Shown here in pieces: positions 39,127-48,462 of a DNA stretch of 64,000 nt. Both the position numbers and the translations under genes were made by a program. This DNA comes from a bacterium (GTDB lineage Bacteria > UBA8248), in assembly GCA_965200245.1 (NCBI GenBank), contig CBDATS010000005.1:736001-800000 (forward strand). The letters run 5' to 3'. The notes under the pieces were generated by a model. That model was not told the origin of the DNA, did not search any database, and saw nothing but the letters and a program-made list of their open reading frames with translations. How positions within the stretch are numbered: position 1 is the stretch's first letter; each line of letters starts with the position of its first letter.

Positions 39127-40206
39127 TTAACTGTCGCTCACGAGAATGACTGCCGCCTTGTCGATGGTCAACCTGACTTTGCTGCCCACGCCAAAGAACT
39201 CATATGGGTCGCCGATGACGCGAAGCGGCTCATTCAGACCCGGCACCTTCACGAGATAGTCCACCGTGCTACCGAAATAATAACCGCGCGTCACTTTGCC
39301 ATCGATCATGTTCTGAGAATCCGTGCCGCCTACATCAGCATTTTCTGAATGCACCTGAATCCGATGAGGCCGAATGGATACGAGTTCTCCTGTTTTTCCA
39401 CCGTCTTCGTTCATCATGAATTTGGCACCGTCGTTCGCCTGAAACAGCCCCGGAGCGCTTATCTTGCCAGGTATCGAGTTCGTTACGCCGACGAACTCAG
39501 CCACGAACTTCGTTGCCGGAGTGTCGTAAATATCGGACGGTTTGCCCACTTGCTCGATCTTCCCGCTATTCATGACGCAAATCCTGTCGCTGGTAACCAT
39601 GGCCTCGGCTTGGTCGTGGGTCACGTAAATGCTCGTGATGTTGAATTCATCGTGCAGACGCCTGATCTCGAAGCGCATCTCCTCACGCAGGTTAGCGTCA
39701 AGGTTCGAGAGCGGCTCATCAAGCAGCAACACTGCCGGTTCGACCACGAGGGCACGGGCCAACGCAACACGCTGCTGCTGGCCGCCCGAGAGTTCTGCCG
39801 GATACCGGGCACCCAGATGATCCATTTGCACGACCGACAGTAAGTTTTTTACACGCTTGTCCGCCTCGTCGCCTGTAATGCCGCGGAATTTCAACCCATA
39901 GCCCACATTCTGGGAGACCGTTTTGTGCGGCCAGATGGCGTAGCTCTGAAAAATCATGCTCATGTTGCGCCGTTCGGGCGGGATGACGCTACTTGCGTTC
40001 GAGACGGTCTCCCCATCCATGACGATCTCACCGCCGTTCGGCTCGATGAAACCCGCTACGAGGCGCAAAGTCGTCGTCTTTCCACAACCCGATGGTCCCA
40101 AAAGAGAGATCAATTCACCGTGTTCGATATGAAGATCTATTTCATCCACAGCCCGAACGTCGGTACCGAATATCTTCAACAAGCCTTTCAAGTCTAAAAC
40201 CGCCAA
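39127..40206 (-). CDS. ABC transporter ATP-binding protein (FbpC/PotA-like)
   Basis: GPSGCGKT, LSGGQQQR, LLDEP and VTHDQ motifs, TOBE-like tail. Confidence 0.92.
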   Translation of the reverse strand: MAVLDLKGLLKIFGTDVRAVDEIDLHIEHGELISLLGPSGCGKTTTLRLVAGFIEPNGGEIVMDGETVSNASSVIPPERRNMSMIFQSYAIWPHKTVSQNVGYGLKFRGITGDEADKRVKNLLSVVQMDHLGARYPAELSGGQQQRVALARALVVEPAVLLLDEPLSNLDANLREEMRFEIRRLHDEFNITSIYVTHDQAEAMVTSDRICVMNSGKIEQVGKPSDIYDTPATKFVAEFVGVTNSIPGKISAPGLFQANDGAKFMMNEDGGKTGELVSIRPHRIQVHSENADVGGTDSQNMIDGKVTRGYYFGSTVDYLVKVPGLNEPLRVIGDPYEFFGVGSKVRLTIDKAAVILVSDS

Positions 40207-40222
40207 CGCAAATCTCCCTTCT

Positions 40223-41968
40223 CTATCCAGCGGAACGCATAAAGTCTCTGCCCACCAAGCGGAAACCGACCCCTATCGCCACCAAAGTGATGAGTAAGAG
40301 CAAGACTCCCAAGGCTGATATGGGACCCAACAACGTTTCTTCATAAAAATCGACGATGACAACCGAGATGACTTTTGTGTTCGTCGTCCAAAGGAGGACC
40401 GAGGCACTCAATTCCCTGAGAGATGGCATGAATACCAATATCCACGACGCGATGACAGCTGTTTTGAACAAGGGAATCGTCACGTCCTTGAAAACCTGCA
40501 ACCGATTCGCCCCCATGATGCGGCAGCTCTCCTCAAGTTCTGGGTGAATACTCGTGAGACCCGCGTTCGATGTCTGATACGCAAGGGGCAGGTATTTGGT
40601 GAGATACGCCAAGAACATGATCCACAGCGTCCCGTAGAGTACGAACGGCTGTTTCGTGTAGGCCGCGAACAAACCTACCGCCAGGACGATGCCGGGGATG
40701 CCAATAGGCGCGGTCGCCATGAATCCCAGATATTGATGTCCCTTGATGAGCTTGCGCTGCGCAATGAAAGCGGATATCGCAGCTACTATCGTGGCGCCAG
40801 TCGCAGACATGATGGCAAGGAGAACCGTATTGTAGATCGACACTCTCACCGCATCATTCGTCAGGATGAAATGATAATTCCACAAGGTGAAATTCGACCA
40901 TACCAGTCCACCACCCAGGTTTTTCATGAACGAAGTGGTCAGCAAAGAGAATCCGGGCAGTACAATGGCGCAAACGAGCGGGATCAGACAGAGTATGAAA
41001 ATGGGTATTCGCCAAACGCCCAGCTTTTGCGGTCGCCTCTGACCTCCCTTGCCGCCAACGGTGGCGTAACCCCTGCGACCCAGAACAACGCCCCGCGTCC
41101 AGACCATACCGATTGCCAAAATAAGCATGGGCATAGCGTAGGCCGAGGCTAGTCCGAGAAGATCGTCTTCGGAAACCATGAAAGCGCGTAACTGGGTCGT
41201 CATCGTGTGCTGACCTGCAGGAATAGCCAAAACCGCGGGAATACCAAAAAGAATCATCGCTTCCAACGCGGCCAGGATGAACCCGGCAAACAGAGAGGGT
41301 GCCACGAGCGGTAAAGTGATGCTGAACATGGTGTGAAACGTACCGCCTCCCGCCACGTTAGCCGCATCTTCCACATCCGATGAGATATTGTTCAAGCCTG
41401 CCAAAACAACAATAAAGACGAGGGGGAACGTGTAGAGCGACATGGCGAATATAACGCCCTTCATCGTGAATATGTCGAACAGATAAAACTCTTCGCTTAG
41501 CCCAAATATCCAGCGAATCAAATTGTTTAGCCACCCTTCGTTTTTTCCCGCCAAGAATATCCAGGCGATGGCACCCAGGAAAGGTGGTGTAACGAAAGAA
41601 GCCAGGATGCCGTTTCTGATCAAGTTCGGGCAAGGTATATCCGTTCGGCTGACCACCCAAGCCATTACTGCCCCTACCACCAGTGATATGCCGCCTACAG
41701 AGATGGCGAGCATCATCGTGATGTATATCGGCTTGTAGTACTCCGTGGTCTTGAAAGCATCGATATAGTTCTGGAACGTGAAACCACCAGCCTCGTCATC
41801 AGATACAAAGAAGCTTTCCTTAAAAAGCTGAAAGATGGGATTCGCCACCAGGATGATCAAAAGAATGAAGATCACCACCCAGACAATGACGGTAAAATCG
41901 AATTTTCTCGTGGCCGAGGGACTCTGCCCCGACATCATTCCAGGGAGTTGTTGTGCATCCTGCGTCAT
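40223..41968 (-). CDS. ABC transporter permease (FbpB-like, two permease domains)
   Basis: Multiple TM segments and two EAA-like loops (VEDAANVAG, LEESCRIMG). Confidence 0.9.
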   Translation of the reverse strand: MTQDAQQLPGMMSGQSPSATRKFDFTVIVWVVIFILLIILVANPIFQLFKESFFVSDDEAGGFTFQNYIDAFKTTEYYKPIYITMMLAISVGGISLVVGAVMAWVVSRTDIPCPNLIRNGILASFVTPPFLGAIAWIFLAGKNEGWLNNLIRWIFGLSEEFYLFDIFTMKGVIFAMSLYTFPLVFIVVLAGLNNISSDVEDAANVAGGGTFHTMFSITLPLVAPSLFAGFILAALEAMILFGIPAVLAIPAGQHTMTTQLRAFMVSEDDLLGLASAYAMPMLILAIGMVWTRGVVLGRRGYATVGGKGGQRRPQKLGVWRIPIFILCLIPLVCAIVLPGFSLLTTSFMKNLGGGLVWSNFTLWNYHFILTNDAVRVSIYNTVLLAIMSATGATIVAAISAFIAQRKLIKGHQYLGFMATAPIGIPGIVLAVGLFAAYTKQPFVLYGTLWIMFLAYLTKYLPLAYQTSNAGLTSIHPELEESCRIMGANRLQVFKDVTIPLFKTAVIASWILVFMPSLRELSASVLLWTTNTKVISVVIVDFYEETLLGPISALGVLLLLITLVAIGVGFRLVGRDFMRSAG

Positions 41969-42039
41969 ATGCCCATGTATCCTTCTAGCTTCCAGGCGCC
42001 ATATAATTCTCTGGCCATTCCCATCGTCAAAATAACAAA

Positions 42040-42080
42040 GCGGGAGCGATTTCCTGGGTTATGCAAGAAACCGCTCCCGC
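42040..42080 (-). terminator. Stem-loop with U-rich tail after the SBP gene (terminator or mRNA stabiliser)
   Basis: GCGGGAGCGGTTTCTTG-CATAACC-CAGGAAATCGCTCCCGC followed by TTTGTTATTTT. Confidence 0.75.
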
Positions 42081-42088
42081 TCATGCTT

Positions 42089-43102
42089 TTAAACGCCGAA
42101 CAGCTTCTTGAACATCTTGCGCGTCGGCTTGTTCTTCTTCTTCAACTCGTCTCCACCGATGGCCATCAGATTGATGTCCTTGAGCGCCGGTAGTCCCTTG
42201 GGGTATTTCACATCGGGATTGCCCACATAGAGGAAGTAGTCCGCCAGAAGCTGCATGTTCTCCTTGCTGAACAGGTAATCCGTGAACACTTTCGCGGCGT
42301 TGGGATTCGGAGCTTTGGTGAAAATGCTGTTGGGCGAAGTCACCAACGCCAAGCCCTTGGGAGGAACGATGGGCTTGAGCGGCTCGCCTCTTTGCATCTG
42401 CTTGAGCAGGGCATAGGAAGTCGTGCCGGCACCCAGCCAGGCCTCCCCACGTGCGACAAGGGGAATGCCGCCAGCCGCGGATTGCACGATCTTCGGCTTT
42501 TGCTTGGCCATTTTCTTGTAGTAATCCCAGCCGAACCTGTTCACGATATTGATCATGCCGTTCGTGACGAACCCACTGTAACTCGGGTGCGAATGAACGA
42601 TTTTCCCCTTCCACTTGGGATCGAGGAAGTCGGCATATGTCTTCGGAGCGTCTTTCTCTTTGATTTTCTTGGTGTTGTAGAAAGGCATCAAAACGCCCGC
42701 GCGAAGAATCGTCCAGTAGTTGTCCTTGGTCACAAACTTCGGGTTGAATTTATCCGTCCCGGCAGGCTTGTAGGGCGTAATGATTTTCTTTGCTTTCAGG
42801 TTCAGGAAATGGCCCAGGTTCGACGTGTGAAGCACGTCAGCAACGAAAATGCCACCTTTGCGCTCCTGCAGATAACGACGATAGAGCTTGCCGGAACCGT
42901 CGCGGTGGAGGACGCACTGAACGCCCATTTTTTTCTTGTTGAAGTTGTTGCATACATGCTGTGCGATATTCAGGGTGACAGAGGAATACCAAGTGACTTT
43001 TCCCTCTTTCTTGGCAGCACGCATGGTTGCTTCATCCGCCGCAAACGCAGTTGCGCTCATAAAAGCGACCGCCATGAGACCAACAATAATTCCTTTCCAC
43101 AT
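42089..43102 (-). CDS. ABC transporter substrate-binding protein (FbpA/AfuA-like)
   Basis: Signal peptide ending TAFA; AAKKEGKV, LDPKWKG and APNPNAAK motifs. ATG 43102 follows GAGGAG. Confidence 0.9.
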   Translation of the reverse strand: MWKGIIVGLMAVAFMSATAFAADEATMRAAKKEGKVTWYSSVTLNIAQHVCNNFNKKKMGVQCVLHRDGSGKLYRRYLQERKGGIFVADVLHTSNLGHFLNLKAKKIITPYKPAGTDKFNPKFVTKDNYWTILRAGVLMPFYNTKKIKEKDAPKTYADFLDPKWKGKIVHSHPSYSGFVTNGMINIVNRFGWDYYKKMAKQKPKIVQSAAGGIPLVARGEAWLGAGTTSYALLKQMQRGEPLKPIVPPKGLALVTSPNSIFTKAPNPNAAKVFTDYLFSKENMQLLADYFLYVGNPDVKYPKGLPALKDINLMAIGGDELKKKNKPTRKMFKKLFGV

Positions 43103-43310
43103 TTTCCATTCTCCTCTGCTCGTGAAGTAACAGTTCAAAAAATAGAATGCGAAGAAACCAGATTTCCAGAATCTTCAGCGCACGTTCTATTCACCTGCCA
43201 ACCAATAAGCAAGATGCTTTACAAAAGGTGAGACAAATCGTATCAAAACTGCGTGCATCGTCAAGCAGACAAAATCGTGGGGATGAAACCTGCACCGCGA
43301 ACGTATGGTT

Positions 43311-44573
43311 TTATGGCCGTGAAGCCTGTGCTTCACCCTCCGGCGGCTTTTCGGCGGCGGAGAAACGCCGGGCGACAAAAATTGTGGCGACCGCTCCGAA
43401 GATGGCCACGACTCCCGGTCCGATAAACGCCCAGTTCCAGTTCACGGGCAGAGCACCTGATTCGTTGCTCATATCCAGAAATTTTCCCACCACCATGGGC
43501 GAGAGGGAGCCCAGCAAGAAACCTAACCCTGACTGGATACCCAGCGCCGAACCAAGGTGGCGTCTGGGCGTTAGTTCCGTGGTCAAGACCACCAGTACGG
43601 GAGCGTCTACGTGCATGACGATCACCCAAATCAGGCAAAGAAACTGTAAAACAGTGAACGGCACTCCGAAAGCGAATCCGATGGAAACTGAAATCAGACC
43701 ACTCAAAAACAGGCTCGCGACTATAGTGGGTGGCCTGCCGATGCGATCAGCGAACCATCCGCCGATGAGTTTCGAAATTGCGCTCAGGCCAATGATCAGA
43801 GCAGCGGATGTAGAAGCGAGGTGGAGTGCGCTCTCACGCGTCTCCGCACCCGTCATCACCAAAGATGCCGCCAGAAAGGTGACTATCCATCCCCTGAACG
43901 CGAACACTTCCCACCGGTGCGCTCCCACCACACCTATGAGCACCCACACGGTAGCCGGAAGCCTGGGCAATTCAAATCCAGTGTCTCCATCTCCCCTCGG
44001 TGAAGGCAAGGACGGAAGCAGAAACACCATGGCCAGGAAACCGGCGGCTGGCCCCAGAGAGGTAAGCGCGAATGCCGTGCGCCATTCGAAATTCGCGACG
44101 AACACGCCCGTCACGTAGATCGAGATGGCGACGCCAATGGTGTAAAAGAACGTATACACTCCGACCATCCGGGCGCGCCTTCCCTCCGGGGCGTATTCGG
44201 CCACCAGCCGAAGTGCAGGCGCATACGTGCCAGCCAGTCCCAAGCCCGTGAAACCCCGAAACACCGATGCGCTGATGAAACCATTGGCAAGAAGGGGAAA
44301 CATGAAATTCAGGAGGGCCAGCCAAAGGCTCGAGGCCAAATATATCTTTTTGGCGCTCATGTAATCCGTCGCAGTAGCCAGCACGGCGGAGGCAAGGATG
44401 TAACCCACGTAAAACGCCGTATAAATCGTACCGGCCTGCACATTCGTGAGATTCCACTCTGCCTTGAACAGCGGAAGCGCCGCCACATAGTTCGCATAGA
44501 CGAACATCATTGGCACCTGGGCCGCGCAAATCGCCCAAAGCCAATGGGTCGATGCTTCGTCGCGCTTCGTCAT
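43311..44573 (-). CDS. MFS transporter
   Basis: About 12 TM segments, GWFADRIGR and GLAGTYAP motifs. Start uncertain (44573 or 44672). Confidence 0.85.
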   Translation of the reverse strand: MTKRDEASTHWLWAICAAQVPMMFVYANYVAALPLFKAEWNLTNVQAGTIYTAFYVGYILASAVLATATDYMSAKKIYLASSLWLALLNFMFPLLANGFISASVFRGFTGLGLAGTYAPALRLVAEYAPEGRRARMVGVYTFFYTIGVAISIYVTGVFVANFEWRTAFALTSLGPAAGFLAMVFLLPSLPSPRGDGDTGFELPRLPATVWVLIGVVGAHRWEVFAFRGWIVTFLAASLVMTGAETRESALHLASTSAALIIGLSAISKLIGGWFADRIGRPPTIVASLFLSGLISVSIGFAFGVPFTVLQFLCLIWVIVMHVDAPVLVVLTTELTPRRHLGSALGIQSGLGFLLGSLSPMVVGKFLDMSNESGALPVNWNWAFIGPGVVAIFGAVATIFVARRFSAAEKPPEGEAQASRP

Positions 44574-44732
44574 GGAAAGTCCCCGGTCACAAAATAAAAA
44601 GAGAAAAAAAGAGGATAATGGATTCGATTCTCTCTGGCGAGATAACGCGCTTTCCCTCTCCCGACTATCCAAAAGCCAGGCTCCTGATGTAGTCTGTGTT
44701 CATATGAGATATTAATTTTACGGAACACGCGA

Positions 44733-45611
44733 ATGCCGACACCGATCATCGATTTTAGAGTCTCATGCCCTATTCCCGAAGGTCTGGACAGGTACCTGAA
44801 ACCGGTGGGCCGATTTGCGGACTATGCCAAACATTATGGGGATAAGGTGTACGGCAATGAGGAAGAGCACCACTATATGGAGCCGGAGGAGTTCGTCGCC
44901 TTCCTGGACAAACAGGGAGTGGACAAGGCGGTGATCAAGACCTCCGACATGACGACGATATCGGGCACGAAATTTCCTGCCGATGCCTTGCACGAATACA
45001 TCAAGGATTACCCGGACCGCCTAATTGGAACGGCCGGGTGCGACCCGTTCCGCGGTATGGACGCACTGCGCGATCTGGAGCGCGACGTGAAGGAGTATGG
45101 ACTCCGAGGCGTGAACATGGGGCCATGGGAACTCGGTCTCCATGCGAACGACAAGAAATTCTACCCCATTTACGCCAAATGCGTGGAGTTGGACATTCCC
45201 GTTATGCTCCACACGTCAATGAATCTTTCCAGTTCAAATCTGCTCGATTTCGGGCGTCCGATCTATCTGGACGAGGTAGCGAAGGATTTTCCCGAACTCC
45301 GCATCGTGGCAGTGCACGGGGGCTGGCCCTGGATACTGGAGATGATCGCGGTAAGCTGGAGACACCCCAACCTGTATATAGAAGTCAGCGGCACGATGCC
45401 CAAATATATCGCCACGCCTGATACCGGCTGGGAGCCTCTGCTCCGCTACGGGAATTCGGTACTCAAGAACAAGATTCTCTGGGCTTCGAACTGGCCGATG
45501 ATCAGCCCAAGTGAAAGCCTGGCGGAGCTCGAGAAGTTCCCGCTCAAAGACGAAGTGAAACGACTCTGGTTCGGCGAAAACGCTCTAAAGGTCCTCGGAC
45601 TTGAAGAATAG
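44733..45611 (+). CDS. Amidohydrolase 2 family protein
   Basis: MLHTS, VHGGWPW and LWASNWP motifs; paralog of 13088-14041. Confidence 0.88.
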   Translation: MPTPIIDFRVSCPIPEGLDRYLKPVGRFADYAKHYGDKVYGNEEEHHYMEPEEFVAFLDKQGVDKAVIKTSDMTTISGTKFPADALHEYIKDYPDRLIGTAGCDPFRGMDALRDLERDVKEYGLRGVNMGPWELGLHANDKKFYPIYAKCVELDIPVMLHTSMNLSSSNLLDFGRPIYLDEVAKDFPELRIVAVHGGWPWILEMIAVSWRHPNLYIEVSGTMPKYIATPDTGWEPLLRYGNSVLKNKILWASNWPMISPSESLAELEKFPLKDEVKRLWFGENALKVLGLEE

Positions 45612-45686
45612 GCACCGGCAGGCAAAGTAAACGAGGCCTTTCGCCTCCTCCCGTTCTTTCGTTTTGCTTCTCTCGTTCTGCGACGT

Positions 45687-46580
45687 TCAAGACGCCGCCA
45701 CTGCTTCTTCGACCAAGCCGTATTCCCTCGCGAACGCTTCCAGTTTTCTCATGTTGGCGTCAGAGGGCGCGCAGAGTGGCAGCCTGTATTCCAGTGCAAT
45801 GTACCCCATGATCGCCAAGGTCGCCTTGGCCGGAATCGGGTTCGTCTCGCAGAACATCATGTGGTTGAGTTCCCACATTTTGTAGTGCAACGCTTTCGCC
45901 GTTGCGGCATCTCCGTCAAGCTGAGCCTGGCACATCCTGGCCACGTCTGCGGGCGCGACGTTCGCCGTCACCGAAATCGTACCTACGCCACCCATTGCCA
46001 TCATCGGCAACGTGACAAAGTCATCACCTGAAAGCACGATAAAATCGTCCGGCACACAGGATATGATGTCGCAGCAGTTCGCCAAATTCCCGGTCGCTTC
46101 CTTAATGCCCACGATATTGGGAATCGTGGAGAGGCGTGCTACCGTGTCCGGCGCAATCTGCACCACCGTGCGACCCGGCACGTTGTAGAGCACGATCGGG
46201 ATGTCCGCCGATTCGGCAATAGCGCGGAAGTGTTGATAAAGCCCCTCCTGCGTAGGCTTGTTATAATAAGGTGCCACCAAGAGTGCACCGTCCGCACCGG
46301 CTCGCAAGGCGAACTGGGTGCGCTGAATGGCCTCGGCGGTACTGTTCGAACCGGAACCAGCGATGACCGGGACCCTTCCGTTTACCTGTTCGATCGTCAA
46401 CTCTATGACCCGGTCGTCTTCTTCATGGCTCAGCGTGGCGGATTCTCCCGTGGTGCCGCACGCCACAATTCCATGCGTTCCGTTTTCAATGTGAAATTCC
46501 ACCAGAGAGCGAATGCCCTCCTCGTCGAGCTTTCCGCCGCGAAACGGAGTCACCATCGCGACATAAGAACCTTTAAACAT
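45687..46580 (-). CDS. dapA: 4-hydroxy-tetrahydrodipicolinate synthase
   Basis: GTTGES, PYYNKP, YNVPGRT, GIKEA and NPIPAK motifs. ATG 46580 follows AGGAGG. Confidence 0.95.
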   Translation of the reverse strand: MFKGSYVAMVTPFRGGKLDEEGIRSLVEFHIENGTHGIVACGTTGESATLSHEEDDRVIELTIEQVNGRVPVIAGSGSNSTAEAIQRTQFALRAGADGALLVAPYYNKPTQEGLYQHFRAIAESADIPIVLYNVPGRTVVQIAPDTVARLSTIPNIVGIKEATGNLANCCDIISCVPDDFIVLSGDDFVTLPMMAMGGVGTISVTANVAPADVARMCQAQLDGDAATAKALHYKMWELNHMMFCETNPIPAKATLAIMGYIALEYRLPLCAPSDANMRKLEAFAREYGLVEEAVAAS

Positions 46581-46961
46581 GAGAAGACCTCCTTCTCCTT
46601 CCGCCCATGGCGGCAAAAAAGAATGTCATACCCTATTTTCGAGAGAACAAGCTTGAAACGCATCACCTTTGCGAACAAGGATTCGATCCAACACCCCTCC
46701 GATAGTAGGGATTTTATCAGAGCAACCGAACAGACGCAAGAAGTGGTGTGGAAGAGTAGTGGGTAGAATCGAGTTGTCACTACCAAATGGAAAGGCAACC
46801 ACAACGGAAAGGGGCTCCAGCCTCTCCAAAATCATTCCGTTTTGACAAACACGAGAAAAAAGTTTTTAATTGACTGACCGGAGTCCAGAAGGGGCAACAA
46901 TCATCCACTGGGCTCATTATGAAACCCGCCTTATCCGCCCGGGAAAATATAAGGGAAACGC

Positions 46962-48137
46962 ATGTATTCCGTTATGAGACTCGGTCGGCGATTCCGTCTT
47001 GCCATCGTTACGTTCGCACCGTTATTTGCATTTTTTCTCACGCTTGACGTCGATTCCGCATCTGCGCAACGAAAACGCCCGAAATCCGTCCCTTATCGCT
47101 CAATCCTGTTGATCGAGGCGAACACGGGACGCGTCCTGAAAGCGAAACACGAGCGGCTTCCCACGGAACCTGCCTCCATCGTAAAAATGATGACCGCCCT
47201 GATCGCGATGGAGCACGTGAATAGAAACACCATTCATCTTGAGGATATCATCACCACCAGTGCGAGCGCCTCGCGGATCGGGGGCCAGCAGGTGTATCTG
47301 AAGCAAGGGGAAAAATTTTCTCTGAGGGAATTGATGAAATCCATCATCATCAGTTCCGCAAACGATTCATCCTACGCCGTGGCGGAACATATCGCCGGAG
47401 ACACCGAAGCCTTCGTCGAAATGATGAACAAACGCGCCAAGGAACTCGGCATGACGGATACAATTTTCGTCAACGTAAACGGCCTTCCATCGGGCAAGAA
47501 CGAGCCGACCAATCAAATGAGCGCGCGCGACGCCGTCGTTCTGGCCCGCGAACTGATAAAATACCCGCTCATCATGAAGTGGAGCGCCACCAAGAATGCT
47601 CCATTCCGCAACGGGAGCTTCATATTGACCAACACAAACACCCTCCTCGGGCGTTTTCGCGGGATTGACGGACTCAAAACGGGCTATCACAGAAAAGCGG
47701 GATTCAGCATCGTCGCCACTGCCAAGCGTAAAAACCTGAGACTCATCACAGCCGTGATGGGCTCGAGCCACTCCAGACGTCGATTCAAAGAGGCGAAACG
47801 TCTGCTTGCATGGGGGTTCAATCAATTCAGCTGGCTCGATTTAGGCAAAATCAAAAAGCCGAAGATTAAGCAAATCAAAGTATCCAATGGCAAGAAACGG
47901 ATGGTACGCATCCGGCTCAAGGGAAGTGTCGAGGCGCTGGTGAGAAAGGGCGAGGGGAAAAAGATATCCATGAAGGTGGAGTTGCCGAAAGAGATTCCCG
48001 CTCCCGTCCGCGCTGGCCAAAAGGTGGGCCGTGTGACGTATGCTCTGCAAGGAAAGGAACTCGGTGGGGTCGACCTCGTGACTGTTGAATCGGTTGAAAA
48101 ATTGGGCTTTTTACAATCTTTGTTCCAGTTCCGCTAA
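46962..48137 (+). CDS. D-alanyl-D-alanine carboxypeptidase (peptidase S11, PBP5-like)
   Basis: SIVK, SAN and KTG motifs, signal peptide, PBP5 C-terminal domain. Confidence 0.92.
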   Translation: MYSVMRLGRRFRLAIVTFAPLFAFFLTLDVDSASAQRKRPKSVPYRSILLIEANTGRVLKAKHERLPTEPASIVKMMTALIAMEHVNRNTIHLEDIITTSASASRIGGQQVYLKQGEKFSLRELMKSIIISSANDSSYAVAEHIAGDTEAFVEMMNKRAKELGMTDTIFVNVNGLPSGKNEPTNQMSARDAVVLARELIKYPLIMKWSATKNAPFRNGSFILTNTNTLLGRFRGIDGLKTGYHRKAGFSIVATAKRKNLRLITAVMGSSHSRRRFKEAKRLLAWGFNQFSWLDLGKIKKPKIKQIKVSNGKKRMVRIRLKGSVEALVRKGEGKKISMKVELPKEIPAPVRAGQKVGRVTYALQGKELGGVDLVTVESVEKLGFLQSLFQFR

Positions 48138-48462
48138 ACGCACGAATCCTGGCAACTACTCTTGGCAATCTCACTCGCCCTGTCCATAACAGGCAAGGCG
48201 ACCACCGTGAACACGAGCATAAGACTCTCGGAATAGCCGAGTTGCATTCGAACACCCCGGCACTCAATAAACCCGCTGTCACGGCCAGTCTGCTCGCTAC
48301 CTGAAACCGCGTTTCCTCGAAAATTGCGCCCCTCGTTCCATTTTATCATGGCGGGCACGCAAACCATCAACAAACGAAAGGAGACAAGAGCAAAACCCCT
48401 GATTCGGTTGAAGCGCGCGATTTGATTTCCACTCTGTGGTGTCACCTCCCGAATAAATCGAT

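Noticed and set aside
43147-44118. 323-aa plus-strand ORF
   Set aside because: Antisense to the MFS gene, with composition typical of a shadow ORF.
48134-48445. 103-aa minus-strand ORF after msbA
   Set aside because: No recognisable domain and poor RBS spacing; cannot be supported as a gene.
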